Assembly (NCBI GenBank): GCA_032718475.1
Contig: JAUCBJ010007102.1
Coordinates: 1 to 39,866 of the forward strand
DNA length: 39,866 nt
Origin: Nemertoderma westbladi
Lineage: Eukaryota; Animalia; Xenacoelomorpha
Reading direction: 5' to 3'
Part shown: positions 1-11,801 of the stretch, one piece after another
Layout: every line of letters starts with the position of its first letter
How positions within the stretch are numbered: position 1 is the first letter of the stretch
Position numbers and translations under genes: made by a program
The notes under the pieces: generated by a model
What the model was told of the DNA's origin: nothing
The model's input: only the letters and a program-made list of their open reading frames with translations
The model's database searches: none

Positions 1-715
1 TAAGTGACTAGAAATTTTGAAGGATCGGGATTTTACAAATTTTAATAAATATTAAATTAATATTTAGGATGGGCACCGATTTATTCCAGAACTTGTCTGG
101 GGACATTAACCACTGATTCTAGAATTTGTCTTTCAAGTATATCGGTGGGTGCCACGATATCTTAATCGACTAGAATTACAGAAGGTCAAAAGTTTAACAG
201 ATTTATTTGCGATTTACGCTACTGTTAGAGGGACATCACGCTACTATATGTATTATTTGTTATAAGGTAGAAGAGCAATATCGCACGAAGCAATGTCAGT
301 GTGAAGAGGCAAGTCGTTTCCAAGGTCTACCCAGAGCTTGGTTTAGCCGAGACTCGAGGATCTGAACTTTGCATTCCTAATACTCTGCCTACCAATAATA
401 CTTAAATATAGTAGTGGCTTTATTGTACTTTAATAAGTACTGACATGTCATCTTACTATAGTCTCGCATTTATAATATAATACGGACAGTAAGGAAAGAG
501 AAAAATAATTATTTCTTGCCGTCGCACTAAATATATTGTAAGTAATTAAATACGTAATAAACACTAATATATTGCACTAATTTACTAAATAATCCCTAAA
601 ATAACATTCTACCAAATAAAATTAAAGAAAACGATTATAATAATATTACATAATAATACATACATAAATATAAAATAAAAACAATATAAAATGATATAGT
701 CACACACCCACTCCA
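1..715 (-). mobile_element. Possible PPT and start of the 3' LTR of the first BEL element (runs off the window)
   Basis: On the minus strand, GGAGTGGGTG is followed by TGTGAC at ~704, just after the ORF stop. No matching second LTR was found in the window. Confidence 0.35.
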
Positions 716-722
716 TATGTTA

Positions 723-3700
723 TTACGTTATGGAGTCCCTAGATATTTGTCGGATTAGGGAAGTGGTCGTAGGAAGAGTATCTTGCCTTCCATAGTTTCC
801 GGACAGTTTTTGGTCTCTTTCCAGTAAACATAAACGACCAGCTGGGTGATTAGGTTGTCGTGTTACTTTCTCCGCTCCCTTGGCCTGTCTACTCTCCGCC
901 GTGGTAAGATGAGGAGGCCATTCATCTTCTTCTTTACTTAGGGAGTCGGGTCCACCTAACCAGCCGGGAGTATCTATCCGTTCTTGAGGAGTCGCTCCTC
1001 TGGAAGCGATGTCGGCTAGATTAATCATCTCGGGGCGATGTCTCCATTGATCTTCATTGGAGTTAATATCTTCATTATCTGAGGAGTATGGTGTTCCCTC
1101 AGTTAGTTCGTCCACTTCACTGCTCTCCACTTCCAAACCATTTATCTGGTATAGTCTTTCTGATGGTAGTCTCTCTTCGAGAGTTCTGCGGGAAGGGCCA
1201 GTAAAGTACCAACCTACTCTAGTTCTTACCGCATAGGTTTGTAGTGGCTGCGGTTGAGCAGGTCGTTTTTCCAATGTCTCGAGCGCCTCGTGCGCGTTTT
1301 GGCCGATAAGTATTTGCACTCCAGGATAATCCGTCTGGAATCGAGGTATCTTAAGATGTTGGATGCTCTCATCCTCGTCCCAATTATAAAGGTCTGCTTG
1401 GGTAGTAGCGAAGTTCTTTATAGCCACCATTTTTACTGACCTTATACTTTGTGCTCCTAATTTATCCTGGGGGGTGGACAACGCACCTACATAGTAATCT
1501 GCCGTTATGGTAGATTTCCAAACCTGCATAATTCCGGACATATTCAACTTAGTTTGGAATTTGGGTTGTCCAGCAAAGATATCTTCGGCTAGTTCTTGAT
1601 CGATGAATGTTCCTGTACTGCCGGAGTCAAGTAGGGCGTTCACTATGCAACTCTTGTTGAGACCATGAACTCGAACTTGTACTACAGGGAATTCTCTTAT
1701 TCCTATGTTGGAAGTTGGAACTTTCCAAGATGGTTGTTTGTCAAAAGGAGTTGGAGTAAACTCGTCAGTGTCCTTTTCATCCGTAAGTGCTCGATACACT
1801 GTGGTATTTATTAGATAACAGGATTCGTTGGCATTGGAGAATTCGTCTGTATAGAATCCTTCCCACTCAGAACCTTGGTCAGTGTCGTTCACATCACTGA
1901 ATTGGACATGTAGTTCAGGCTCACTTACCTGACTCGGGTTGTCTCGTTCGAACTCACTGTGTAACAAGATGTGATGTTTCGCGCCACACTTTGCACACTT
2001 TTCGTCGGAGTAACAGGTTCGCCGTTGGTGTCCTGATCTGAGGCAATTATAGCATAACCGCTTATTCCACAGGACTGTACGTCTGTCTACAGGGGATTTC
2101 TTTAGAAATTCAGCACACGCACTCAAACGGTGAGGCCCGTCGCACAGCGCACATTTTGGTTTGATGTTACTCACCTTAACTTGGTTAACGTTATGCACTC
2201 TCGTTCTTTCTTCGGGCTTTCTTCCGTGAATTCTCTTAGGAGACGTAGGAGGAGTTGTTGTTACCTGTTCTCTCCTGTCACTGGTTCGAGACTTGTATTT
2301 ACTTACGTCTTTATAGGTCTTGTTGTCATAGTAAGATTTTGCTGTGTCTTTCCCGCTGTCCTCTTCTTGAGAAGCTTGGCTTTCGCCGTCGTCAGTATAA
2401 CACACTGGTATTATCCTTCTCCTAGAAACGGGTTTCTCACTTACCTTATTTTCCGATGTTTTCTCTCTGGACTGCCTTATGAGTTGTAATTTTACTTCAC
2501 TATCTAAGAAAGACATGAGATCAGCCATGGTAGGACTTCGTCGTTGTTGTTCATTCATGTACAACACTTTCTTGTCCCAGCGTGTACATACTCCACCCTT
2601 TGGTAAAGTAGAGACTACGGCTCCAATAACCATGGAACTCTGATATTCATGCGACTTACCTAACCAGTCCAGTTGTCTACAGATCTCTTGAATTTCATCG
2701 GAAAACTCTATAATCTCGCTACTAAGGAAGTGTCGGGGGGCTACTAATTTTGCATACAAATACTTAGCTATGTTATCCTTGTTACCATACCTGATGTTTA
2801 GTGTATCCCAAACTTGTCTTAATCCATCTGGATGTCCAATAAACTTTAACGCCATTAACTTGGGAGGTCCTTCCAAGCACTTGATGAGGAATCTAAGTTT
2901 CTCTCCGTTAGATAGTACAGAATTCTGTATGCTATCTTTGTAATATTCGTTGAAAGGTAACCATTTCATCTCATCTCCATTGAATTTGACGATCTCTCCC
3001 ACTTTAACCGCTTGGCGGGCTTCTGTTCTAGCCATCTGACGCGTAAAGCTTTCTTGGGCCATCGTGTTATTTAATATCGAATTATCGGTATATAAATTTT
3101 TCAGATCATTATCAGGTCTATAGGGAATATCATTAATAACAGGTCTATAATCACCCTTAATAGGGTTTGCTATAGGAGTTTCTACTTCACTAGCAGTATA
3201 GATGCGTGTAGGCTCCACACCTTGCGCATGTAATACTTCAGACCTAACAGGTTGACACAATGTTACAGGGGGTATTGGTATACTCTTTTGTATATTGACT
3301 AAGTTGTCGCGTTCTAGCGCGATACTTTGCTGCACTTCTTGCAACTCTGCTCTACCTTCCCTCACTGTTCCCTTAAGTTGGTGGACAGTCTCCTGCATCT
3401 GTCCTAGCAGGAGATTCATCCCCCGCCGTCCCTCTTCTACCCACTCAACCGCCGAAGCGGGAGTCGCCAACATAGTAGCGGGCTGACGCGGGACGACGGG
3501 AGACAAATTATTGATTTCTCTCTCTGCTATCTGGACAGGGGTATTTGCACCGACTGTTCCACCGGGTACAGGCAGTGTAGTACTATGTAAAGGGAATTTA
3601 GAGTTAAGCTCTGGAAGTGTAGGGGTCTCTAACACAGAAGTGACTTTGGGAACGACAGGCCTAATTATTTCAGGCTCATCAACTATTGTAGGGAGTATTT

Positions 3701-4916
3701 CTATTTTAACCACCTGGTCTATGGGTTCTGTACTACCTAAGTTGGTGTTATTTAGTTGCCTTCTAACAGCTGGAGGCAAATCGGGCAATTTATGACGGTG
3801 AGATGTCTTTCTACGCCTACTGAGACGAGATCTATTTCCTCTGCCTTCAGGATCGGTGGTCTCGCCTTCCTCCGATGATGTATATCCTTGGCGTTTGGGA
3901 GTAGATCGACTCATCATCTGCATTTGACTAGCAGTTAACTGTTTATTTATGCTGTCTTGCGTCTCTTGAAGATTTTCCAACTCCATTTGGGTGGTCTCTT
4001 CAGACGCTCTCTGTTCTGCTTCTGCCAATGCCATTGCTGCTGCTGCTTTTGCTGCTTCCACTGCCGCTGCCGCTTTTCTGTCCGCTTCTGCTATTGCTTC
4101 TGCTATTGCTTCTGCCGCCTTTCTGTCTGCTTCTGCCACTGCTTCTGCCGCCTTTCTGTCTGCTTCTGCCACTGCCGCTGCTGCTGTCTTTCTGCTTTCG
4201 ATTAGTTTTCTCTTTACTTGTTCTTCTTGGACTCTAACGAGGCGGAGTTTTTCATCACATTTAGCTTGTTCTGCAGCTAACATTTCCGCATCGATTGCGT
4301 CCAACACAAGCTTGGTTCCTTCACTATTAGGGCGAAGTCCAGACAGTCGTCTCCTCAACTCTTCGTCTCCTACGAATCGCTGATAGTCTGACAGATAGAT
4401 GTCAATGGCATCTCTAGTTCGTGGCTTCTCTGCTGCTGTTAATTCGCTTTCCACTTCGCTTTCCACTTCGCTTTCCACTTGGCTTTCCACTTCGCTTTCC
4501 ACTTGAGAAGAAGTGGCGTCGGTTGATTCTTCAAAGGTTGGCCACTCATCATAAACCGTATCCGCCATCTTCGCTCCGCGTTCGGGCGTCCGCTCAACAG
4601 TCTCCGAACTACTGGAGCTATCGGGCTGCTGGGAACTAGGTTCTTGGCTAGGATGTCGCTGCTGTTTGACAGCTGCTTCCTGATCCCGCTTAACTTGGGC
4701 CCGAGTGCCTATGGCAGACCTACGGCGCTTCACTAACTTCGCAAATTGCGAAATCGCTTCTACCAACCTAGGTTCTGACACAACTACTGCAGGGGTTGCC
4801 CTTCTTACAGTAGGAGGGGTCTCAGCCCTCGGTCTGGGATTCTCTACACTTTGATCTGAGAAACAGGCTGTTGTTTCTAAAAGACTATCTGACAGAGTTT
4901 GCCTTGTGTCAGCCAT
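723..4916 (-). CDS. BEL/Pao LTR retrotransposon Gag-protease polyprotein with RT and most of RNase H/integrase deleted in frame (non-autonomous)
   Basis: 1397-aa ORF with a BEL gag core (KFNGDEMKWLPF...KLRFLIKCLEG), three BEL-type knuckles (CALCDGPHRLSAC, CYNCLRSGHQRRTC, CAKCGAKHHILLH) and protease ALLDSGS. There is no YxDD. Short remnants of the RNase H C-terminus (WRHRPEMINLADIASRG...WLGGP) and integrase tail (HPAGRLCLLE) remain. Confidence 0.9.
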   Translation of the reverse strand: MADTRQTLSDSLLETTACFSDQSVENPRPRAETPPTVRRATPAVVVSEPRLVEAISQFAKLVKRRRSAIGTRAQVKRDQEAAVKQQRHPSQEPSSQQPDSSSSSETVERTPERGAKMADTVYDEWPTFEESTDATSSQVESEVESQVESEVESEVESELTAAEKPRTRDAIDIYLSDYQRFVGDEELRRRLSGLRPNSEGTKLVLDAIDAEMLAAEQAKCDEKLRLVRVQEEQVKRKLIESRKTAAAAVAEADRKAAEAVAEADRKAAEAIAEAIAEADRKAAAAVEAAKAAAAMALAEAEQRASEETTQMELENLQETQDSINKQLTASQMQMMSRSTPKRQGYTSSEEGETTDPEGRGNRSRLSRRRKTSHRHKLPDLPPAVRRQLNNTNLGSTEPIDQVVKIEILPTIVDEPEIIRPVVPKVTSVLETPTLPELNSKFPLHSTTLPVPGGTVGANTPVQIAEREINNLSPVVPRQPATMLATPASAVEWVEEGRRGMNLLLGQMQETVHQLKGTVREGRAELQEVQQSIALERDNLVNIQKSIPIPPVTLCQPVRSEVLHAQGVEPTRIYTASEVETPIANPIKGDYRPVINDIPYRPDNDLKNLYTDNSILNNTMAQESFTRQMARTEARQAVKVGEIVKFNGDEMKWLPFNEYYKDSIQNSVLSNGEKLRFLIKCLEGPPKLMALKFIGHPDGLRQVWDTLNIRYGNKDNIAKYLYAKLVAPRHFLSSEIIEFSDEIQEICRQLDWLGKSHEYQSSMVIGAVVSTLPKGGVCTRWDKKVLYMNEQQRRSPTMADLMSFLDSEVKLQLIRQSREKTSENKVSEKPVSRRRIIPVCYTDDGESQASQEEDSGKDTAKSYYDNKTYKDVSKYKSRTSDRREQVTTTPPTSPKRIHGRKPEERTRVHNVNQVKVSNIKPKCALCDGPHRLSACAEFLKKSPVDRRTVLWNKRLCYNCLRSGHQRRTCYSDEKCAKCGAKHHILLHSEFERDNPSQVSEPELHVQFSDVNDTDQGSEWEGFYTDEFSNANESCYLINTTVYRALTDEKDTDEFTPTPFDKQPSWKVPTSNIGIREFPVVQVRVHGLNKSCIVNALLDSGSTGTFIDQELAEDIFAGQPKFQTKLNMSGIMQVWKSTITADYYVGALSTPQDKLGAQSIRSVKMVAIKNFATTQADLYNWDEDESIQHLKIPRFQTDYPGVQILIGQNAHEALETLEKRPAQPQPLQTYAVRTRVGWYFTGPSRRTLEERLPSERLYQINGLEVESSEVDELTEGTPYSSDNEDINSNEDQWRHRPEMINLADIASRGATPQERIDTPGWLGGPDSLSKEEDEWPPHLTTAESRQAKGAEKVTRQPNHPAGRLCLLERDQKLSGNYGRQDTLPTTTSLIRQISRDSIT
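4060..4505 (-). repeat. Coding tandem repeats in gag: 33-bp (AEADRKAAEAV) and 12-bp (ESEV/ESQV) units
   Basis: Visible directly in DNA (ttcgctttccac repeated) and in the protein. Confidence 0.85.
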
Positions 4917-5049
4917 GTTTGATTGTACAGTCGAATGCCTACTGCTATATTACAGTTAAAGCAAGTCTAGTAATTCAGTATCACTGTTAGCCTAATAATT
5001 AATTACCGATACTGCTACTCAGTGTAGCGTGATATATATATAATATATT

Positions 5050-5300
5050 AGAATCCGGTATGCTTATAATATATATATAAGTATTATTACAGACTAGATT
5101 TGTCACAGAGTACCGGTATATAATTTTAGCACAAATATATATAAATATATAATAGGCCTATCGTGAATACCGGTATACAGCTGACACTTATAGTATATAT
5201 AAGTATAATTATTACTAGAATTAATTACAGAATACCGGTATGGTTTCAGCTCAAATTTATAGAAATAAATATAATAAGCCTATGGTAAATACCGGTATGT
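5050..5300. repeat. Degenerate ~120-bp tandem duplication punctuated by TACCGGTAT, upstream of gag
   Basis: The motifs ...tatatataagtat...taccggtat...gcctat...aataccggtat occur twice in the same order. Confidence 0.55.
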
Positions 5301-5470
5301 CAATTATTTTAGAATAATTGAATTTCTGAATATTTTAGGGTTACTTGGTTACTTTCAGACTTTAACTTACTTTATTACCGTTATTTAAGCAGTAGTCCAA
5401 TTGATATTGAGACCTAGTTGTTGTCTGGCAGGCCTACTATTTATAAATCGTTTGAGTTGATTTATAATAG

Positions 5471-7413
5471 ATATATACCCGTTTAAATGGGTTTTTGTCA
5501 ATATTTGAAATAAATGTTATTATTTCTGGGGGGTCACTACACAGAAGCTGTGCGCTCTCAGTGAAGTGCTATTTATTTGACACTAAAACTGATAATTCTA
5601 ATTTACCTAAGTTACTTAATACTACAAATTACTTACGATATGGGTGAGATTAATTCTCTAATTAAAACACAACAAAATATTACGTACGAAATTTTTAGGG
5701 TAATTTTACAGGAAGTCTACAACCAGCCTAACAAAGGGTTAGAATTCTGGTTATTACCACGGACAGGGTACTACGGTATTTGAAATAATAAGTAGTAGTA
5801 AATATATTGTACTGTCCAGATAGGAAAATACCACCGCCTGACGACCTATAACCGTATCGCTATAGGTACTACGTTATGTATCACGGATTGTTCCTACCCA
5901 GAAGCTAATAGAGCTAACGAATGTGCCTATCAACCACTTTACAACACAAATATACTGCCTACACTAATTACTTCGGAAAGCACTGTACACTAAACCCTAA
6001 ATTAGGTACAAGTACCGGTATAACAAATAATCAGTAGTTAAATATACTTGAACAGTTAAAAGAACCACGGCATCTGCTGGAGTGACCGAAGCACAAAATC
6101 TCCAGTCTTTACCTACGCCGAGCAGCCCTGATGTAGTACCGGGGTTAGTTTAACTATAACGGTATGTATAACAAGCACAATTACTGTAGGAATAAACTTG
6201 GGGACATGAATGTTGCGAATAATCGCATAAACTCTGAATAATAAATATTACGCTACCCGTACAGAATACTCAAACAAATACAAACCAAACGCTGGCAGAC
6301 TACTATTAAGCCTAAACAAACTACAGTATGTGCAGATTCTGAAACTGTTAGTTAGTATGCGTTCTAACACGGTAGTACGACTTACTCTTTAAGAGGGGAT
6401 TGACCTTACCGCTTATGGCTGCCCCAACTTACTAACGGCACTTGATCAGACCAACTCTACACACGCAGCAATCCCTTCAGACCCAAAAATAGCCAGACAA
6501 CAATCCAGCCTACAAATATTTGGGTAATAACTATTACGGTACCTGAACAGACCACACAAACAAACACAGGCTAAAACACTGGCAGACTACGATCAAGCCT
6601 AAATAAACTACAGTATATGCAGATTCTGAAACTGTTAGTTAGTATGCGTTCTAACACGGTAGTACGACTTATTCTTTAAGAGGGGATTGACCTTCAGCAT
6701 ATGGCTGCCCCAACTTACTAACGGCACTTTATCAGACCAACTCTACACACACCGTAATCTCTCCAAACTCAACACAGTCAGACAGCAGCTCAGCCTACAA
6801 TTATCTGAACAATCTGAGCAGGGTCACACGCCTTCTGCTCAATATTAGCCTACTAGTAAATAAAACTGACAGAAATAAGTAGAATCTCAAATAAAAATCA
6901 GGGCGGCCGTTCCCTGATTAAGTACCAAGACCTACCGGTATACAATAATCAAAATCGAATAATACTAATGTACTTATACAGCAGTACCGGTTAGGACAGT
7001 TGGGCTTACAGACGTACAGAAGTACCGGTTCCTACGGTATCTTGCAACCTTATTGCCTACTGCAATAAGATTATAACTGTTACTGTTCGACAGAACAGTA
7101 TTAAACTGTATTTAATGCCTACACTGCAATATGAAGAGGTAACTGTTACTGTTCGCGCTTTTGAAGACCTTTAGCAGTTTAACCTGCCAAAATTTATATG
7201 TCTTTTAGTTAATTAACACACCTTTAGCATACAACAATATTTTATGCTAATAAACAAAACATTAGCCGAAGCCAGCCCATGCGCGATCATTCACCCGATG
7301 GATCTACACCCGGGAGGCTGAATTCGGATGCTTAGATTTTATTATTGCAGTGTAAGGTTGCAGTGTAAGCCTACTGTATTATTCGATTGATCGCTAATAT
7401 GTAATTTCTGACA
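5471..7413. repeat. Dispersed non-coding repeat, copy A (LTR/leader-like), with an internal ~290-bp tandem duplication (~6290-6830)
   Basis: Colinear and clearly homologous, though diverged, to 17881-19461 from atatatacccgt to tctgaca. Confidence 0.85.
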
Positions 7414-8679
7414 GATATTATTGGCTTTCGGGAAATATTAACAGTTCCTTTAGGACGTGGCGCTCTATCTATTTAAACAGAGCTAGGACTTATACTAAAC
7501 GCAACGATAAGGCTTATGATTAAAGTATAAGTCGCATTCTTTAGGAAATGCTTTGTTACCAGTCACATCACACTCACAATCATGCACACTATTCTGCCGA
7601 CCGTCAGTATATTTGATCACACATAAAGAGAACAGCAATTGACTCAGGTAGTGTCTACTAAATAACATTAGATTCAATACACACCACATTGATATAAATC
7701 GCAATTGTTATATATAGCCCGCCTCTCTAACCTGTAGTGTATCAAGAAAATTGGGAATTTTGGGTGATTTATCCGTATTCTCCAAAGAGCAATATTTCCA
7801 TCAACAAATAGATACAATTAATAACTGACGGTAAATAGCAGTACAAACAATATGATTAGTGCAGTTAAATTAAGTGAGGTAACACCGCCGGTAACAGTTA
7901 TACTTTCTATAATCTAAGCAGTTTACTAGAGTTCTTCCCAAAAAGCCGGTGTTTCTGGCTTAGACAGCAATAACAACAAAGTATCAAGTAAGGCAGTAAG
8001 ACTGAACACTCTCCTTATGATCGGCTGAAAAGCTACACGTCGACAGGAAAAATCGCTCTGATTGGCTCAAGCCAAACAAAGAACTATGCGTCCAATGGCT
8101 GTTTCCATGTCAGCAACCAGCTGTTAGATGTCGTAATATGAATCATCACGGCTAAGCTGTGAAAGGTAGTTGGTGCATTACAGGTTTTTTGCCTTACCAT
8201 GTCCGCCAAAACACGTATATAGCAGAATGACTTTTATGTCCGTTAAAACACCTGTAACGGTACCTTGCGGGCGAGGGGAATATATATACAGTTAGAGAAC
8301 CTTTTTAGAGTATTCCAGCGCCTGGGGGGAAACTGGATTGCGAAGCAAAAGGGGCCAGTTATATCCCACAGAAGCTTTTACAACAACTAAAAACTACATA
8401 GTAGACACAACCACGTGAGTTTGTGCATATATGTACTGTACTACATATATGCGAAGTACAAGTACAATAGGACGTTAACTTCGTTAATTTACATAATAGG
8501 TATGTATGTTATGTACGGTAATACAGCATACAGTTCATAAGTAATTATAATTAAGTTATATAGAAGTTGCATAGAAGTTATAGCGGTAACTTATTGAAAT
8601 GAATTGAAACGAATTTAACTAAAAATCTCCAAAATATGTGGGTCCACAATATATGTAGAAAGAATTTAAGTACAATATG

Positions 8680-9957
8680 TCATGGATGAGAGGTACTAAA
8701 GAGGTGCTGGAGTAAGGTTGCTTCCTCCAAAAGACACATCTTTCTAATTGGTCTTTTGTAGACACCAACAGGAGTTTTAACTTCGGCAGATCGAACCAAT
8801 CCGGATTTATCTGGGAATGTCTTTACGATTCTACCCCACCGCCATGAGTTTCGAGGTAGAACATCTTCATGAAGAAGGACAACGTCATCGACCTGGAGAT
8901 TTCCACGTTTTCGATGCCACTTGTGGCGAATCTGGAGCGTGCTGACGTACTCCCTGAGCCACTTGTTCCAGAAGTGGTTCGATATAAGTTGTGCCTGCCT
9001 CCAGGTCCGGCGAGAGTAGGTGTCACTGTCGTCAAATGGTCCGGGAGGGTAGTTATAGGCGGGACGTTGGATAAGTAAGTGATTGGGTGTCAAGACGTCG
9101 TCAGAAGTAGGGTCGTCAGTTACAGTACAGAGGGGCCTACTATTTACAATAGATTCAGCCTCGGCTAAAGTGGTTAAAAGTACATCATCTGTAACTAGTG
9201 CACCTTGCAGTAGGCCGTACAGAATTTCTTTAGTCATTTTAACCAATCTCTCATAAACTCCACCCATATGGGGTGCCCCTGGGGGAATATAACGCCATGT
9301 TACTCCTAATGGTTTTAAATCAGAAATGAAACTTTCGGACCAGAGTTCAATGTTTTGTTTCATTTCTGAGTCAGTACCGGTACCTCGACGTGCAATATGA
9401 CGCCTGAATGAGTTGATGAAGGCATCTGCTGATGCATCAGCAGCAATATCTAAAGATATGGCACGAGAGTTTAGACATGTATAAAGAATGCCATAACGTT
9501 TTATAGTAGAAGTACTACGAGTTTTACGATACTTGACTCGTAAAGGGCCAAACCGTAAAGGTAGTGGTGCCATGAGCTGTTCCATCCTACGAGCATGTTT
9601 CTTACGACAAAGAAAACATTTACTGATTACAGAACGGGATAATGACTGGAGTCCGATTATCCAGAATTGTTGACGAATTGTGATGGTGACCTGGTCACGT
9701 CCGGAATGGCCAGATTTTACATGAGTGCTCCAAACCAATATTTTTGCAAGGGGGTGTGACTTCGAAAGAATGATGGGATAGGCAGCATCAAATGAAACTG
9801 GCGCAGATGCAATGCGACTGCCAAGTCTGACAATGCCATCATCGAATATCTTAGGGCAAAGCCGTGACAATGGGCTGGAAATGTGCACTGGGGAGGAATT
9901 GCGAAGACATTTCAGCTCTGTAGGGTAAAGCTGAGATTGTGCAAAACGACAATGCAC
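8680..9957 (-). pseudogene. BEL/Pao integrase (zinc-finger H2C2, rve core, DUF5641-like tail), disabled
   Basis: HVKSGH...CFLC, PPGAPHMGGVYERLV, INSRPL-like (VNSRPL), LTPNHLL, FWNKWLREY and KRPIRKMCLLE are present. The GxDYFGP and SDNGxNF segments are deleted. Confidence 0.92.
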
Positions 9958-11801
9958 ATACCTGCTCGTTGTATCTCTTCAATAGAAACCATAGTTCCTT
10001 TTAAAGATAGAACGGAATCGGGTGAGGTAAAGGAATTACAAAGACGGATAAGCCAAGCTATGGTTATTCGTAACTTATTCCATGATGATGAGTGATTTAG
10101 CAAGAGAGTTAAGCCATCGGCTGAAAACTTTAACTCAGGGTCTTGGGCTACGGTGAGTGAATACACCTGCTCTGAAGCTAATTCAATGCAAGAAGTAGGG
10201 ACAAATTCTGGGAAGTTATCAACTCTCTCACTGAGAAATTCTGGACCATGCCACCAACGAGTAGAATCAATAAGGGCACGAGCAGACAGTCCACGGCTCA
10301 CATCATCAGCTGGATTGGATATACCAGGAACATGATGCCACTGGTCTAACTCTGAAACGCGAAGAATTGAGGCCACCCTGTTTGCCACATAGCATTTAAA
10401 CTGGGTGGTTGTGTTATGAAGATAAGATAGAACAACTGTAGAGTCTGTCCAGAAATGCATTTGGGATATTGAGAGGCCAAGTTCAGTTACCATATTAGTG
10501 CTAACACCTGTTGCTAATTTAGCAGCCTGCAATTCCAAACGAGGAGTGCTTTGCGTAGATTTAATGGGAACCATTCTACTCTTAGAAAACAGAAGAGTTA
10601 CATCAACTGACTCTGGAGATACAACTCTTAGATAACTTACACAGCCATAGGCAACCTTAGAAGCATCCGAGAAGTTGTGTATCTCATAGTACAAAATGTC
10701 TTCAGGAGGTGATGAACCAAGGTAAACCCTTGGTATTGTCATTTTTGACAGAAGAGAAATCTCACTAGACCATTTTGACCATGGTTGACTGAGTTTATTG
10801 GGGAGTTCATCGTCCCACTTTAACCCTTCCTTCCAAATGTTTTGGATAAGCAAACGACCAGCAACAATAAAAGGAGATATGAGGTTAAGTGGGTCATAGA
10901 TTGAGCTAAGGAGAGCTAAACATCCACGTTTAGTGTTAGGGACCTGTTTCTCCTTATAAAGAAATGTGAAAATGTCAGATTCTGTATTCCAGATTACACC
11001 AAGAGCACGTGTAACTGGAAGTTCATCCATGTCAAGATTTATTGATGGCATGGCTAGTTTGGCTTGCAGAATATGTAGTAGAAATTCCCGCGAGTTGGAT
11101 ATGAATTTCCGGAGAGGAAAGCTACCATGTTCTAGACAACTTATAACCCCTAAAGCGATGCGGATAGCATCTTTGATTGAATGGGAAGACTTTAAGATGT
11201 CATCAACATACATGGCTTTAAGAATGGCCATGATAATGTCAGCATGATCAAGAGCGCAACGTCTAACACCATAAGTTGCAGTGCATGAAGAGCAACGAGC
11301 ACCAAAAATGTGCACCAACATTGCATAAGTATCAATAGTACTGGCACCTGGAGATTGCCAAAGAAACCGCAGGCTGTCAGAATCCTTTGGTGTGACCTTC
11401 ACCTGATGGAACATGCTTTCTATGTCTGCGATGAAAGCAATAGCACCAATAAGAAATCGCAATAATACCCCGACTATGGAACAGCAAAGGCTGGGACCAT
11501 CCATGAGTTGATTATTTAAAGAAACACCTTTGTATAGAGCAGAGCCATCATTAACAATTCGAATGTGTCCTGGTTTGTTAACATTTTCAACGAAATGATG
11601 GGGAAGATAGAATGTTTGAGGACCAGCAGGAATATCAGCTTCTGTAAGTTTACGAGCAATCCCCTTAGAAATGTACTGGTCAATATTGTCCTGATAAAGC
11701 TGATATTTGTCAGGCTTATCCTTTAATCGTTTCAAAAGACTAAGAACACGGGACATAGCTAAGGGGTAATTATTGACAAGCTTAGGGGATATTGCTTCCA
11801 A
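9912..11801 (-). pseudogene. BEL/Pao reverse transcriptase and RNase H (frameshifted from gag-pro and from integrase)
   Basis: YLPHH, SLNNQLMDGP, ADIESMFHQV, LRFLW, YVDD, YDPL, FSDAS, PRLELQAA, WTDS, VANRV and NPAD..SRG motifs. Confidence 0.95.

Noticed and set aside
9912-11801. Programmed ribosomal frameshifts between gag-pro, RT and integrase
   Set aside because: BEL/Pao elements normally use a single ORF, the shifts fall inside conserved regions, and the copy has other lesions. Decay or sequencing error is more likely.
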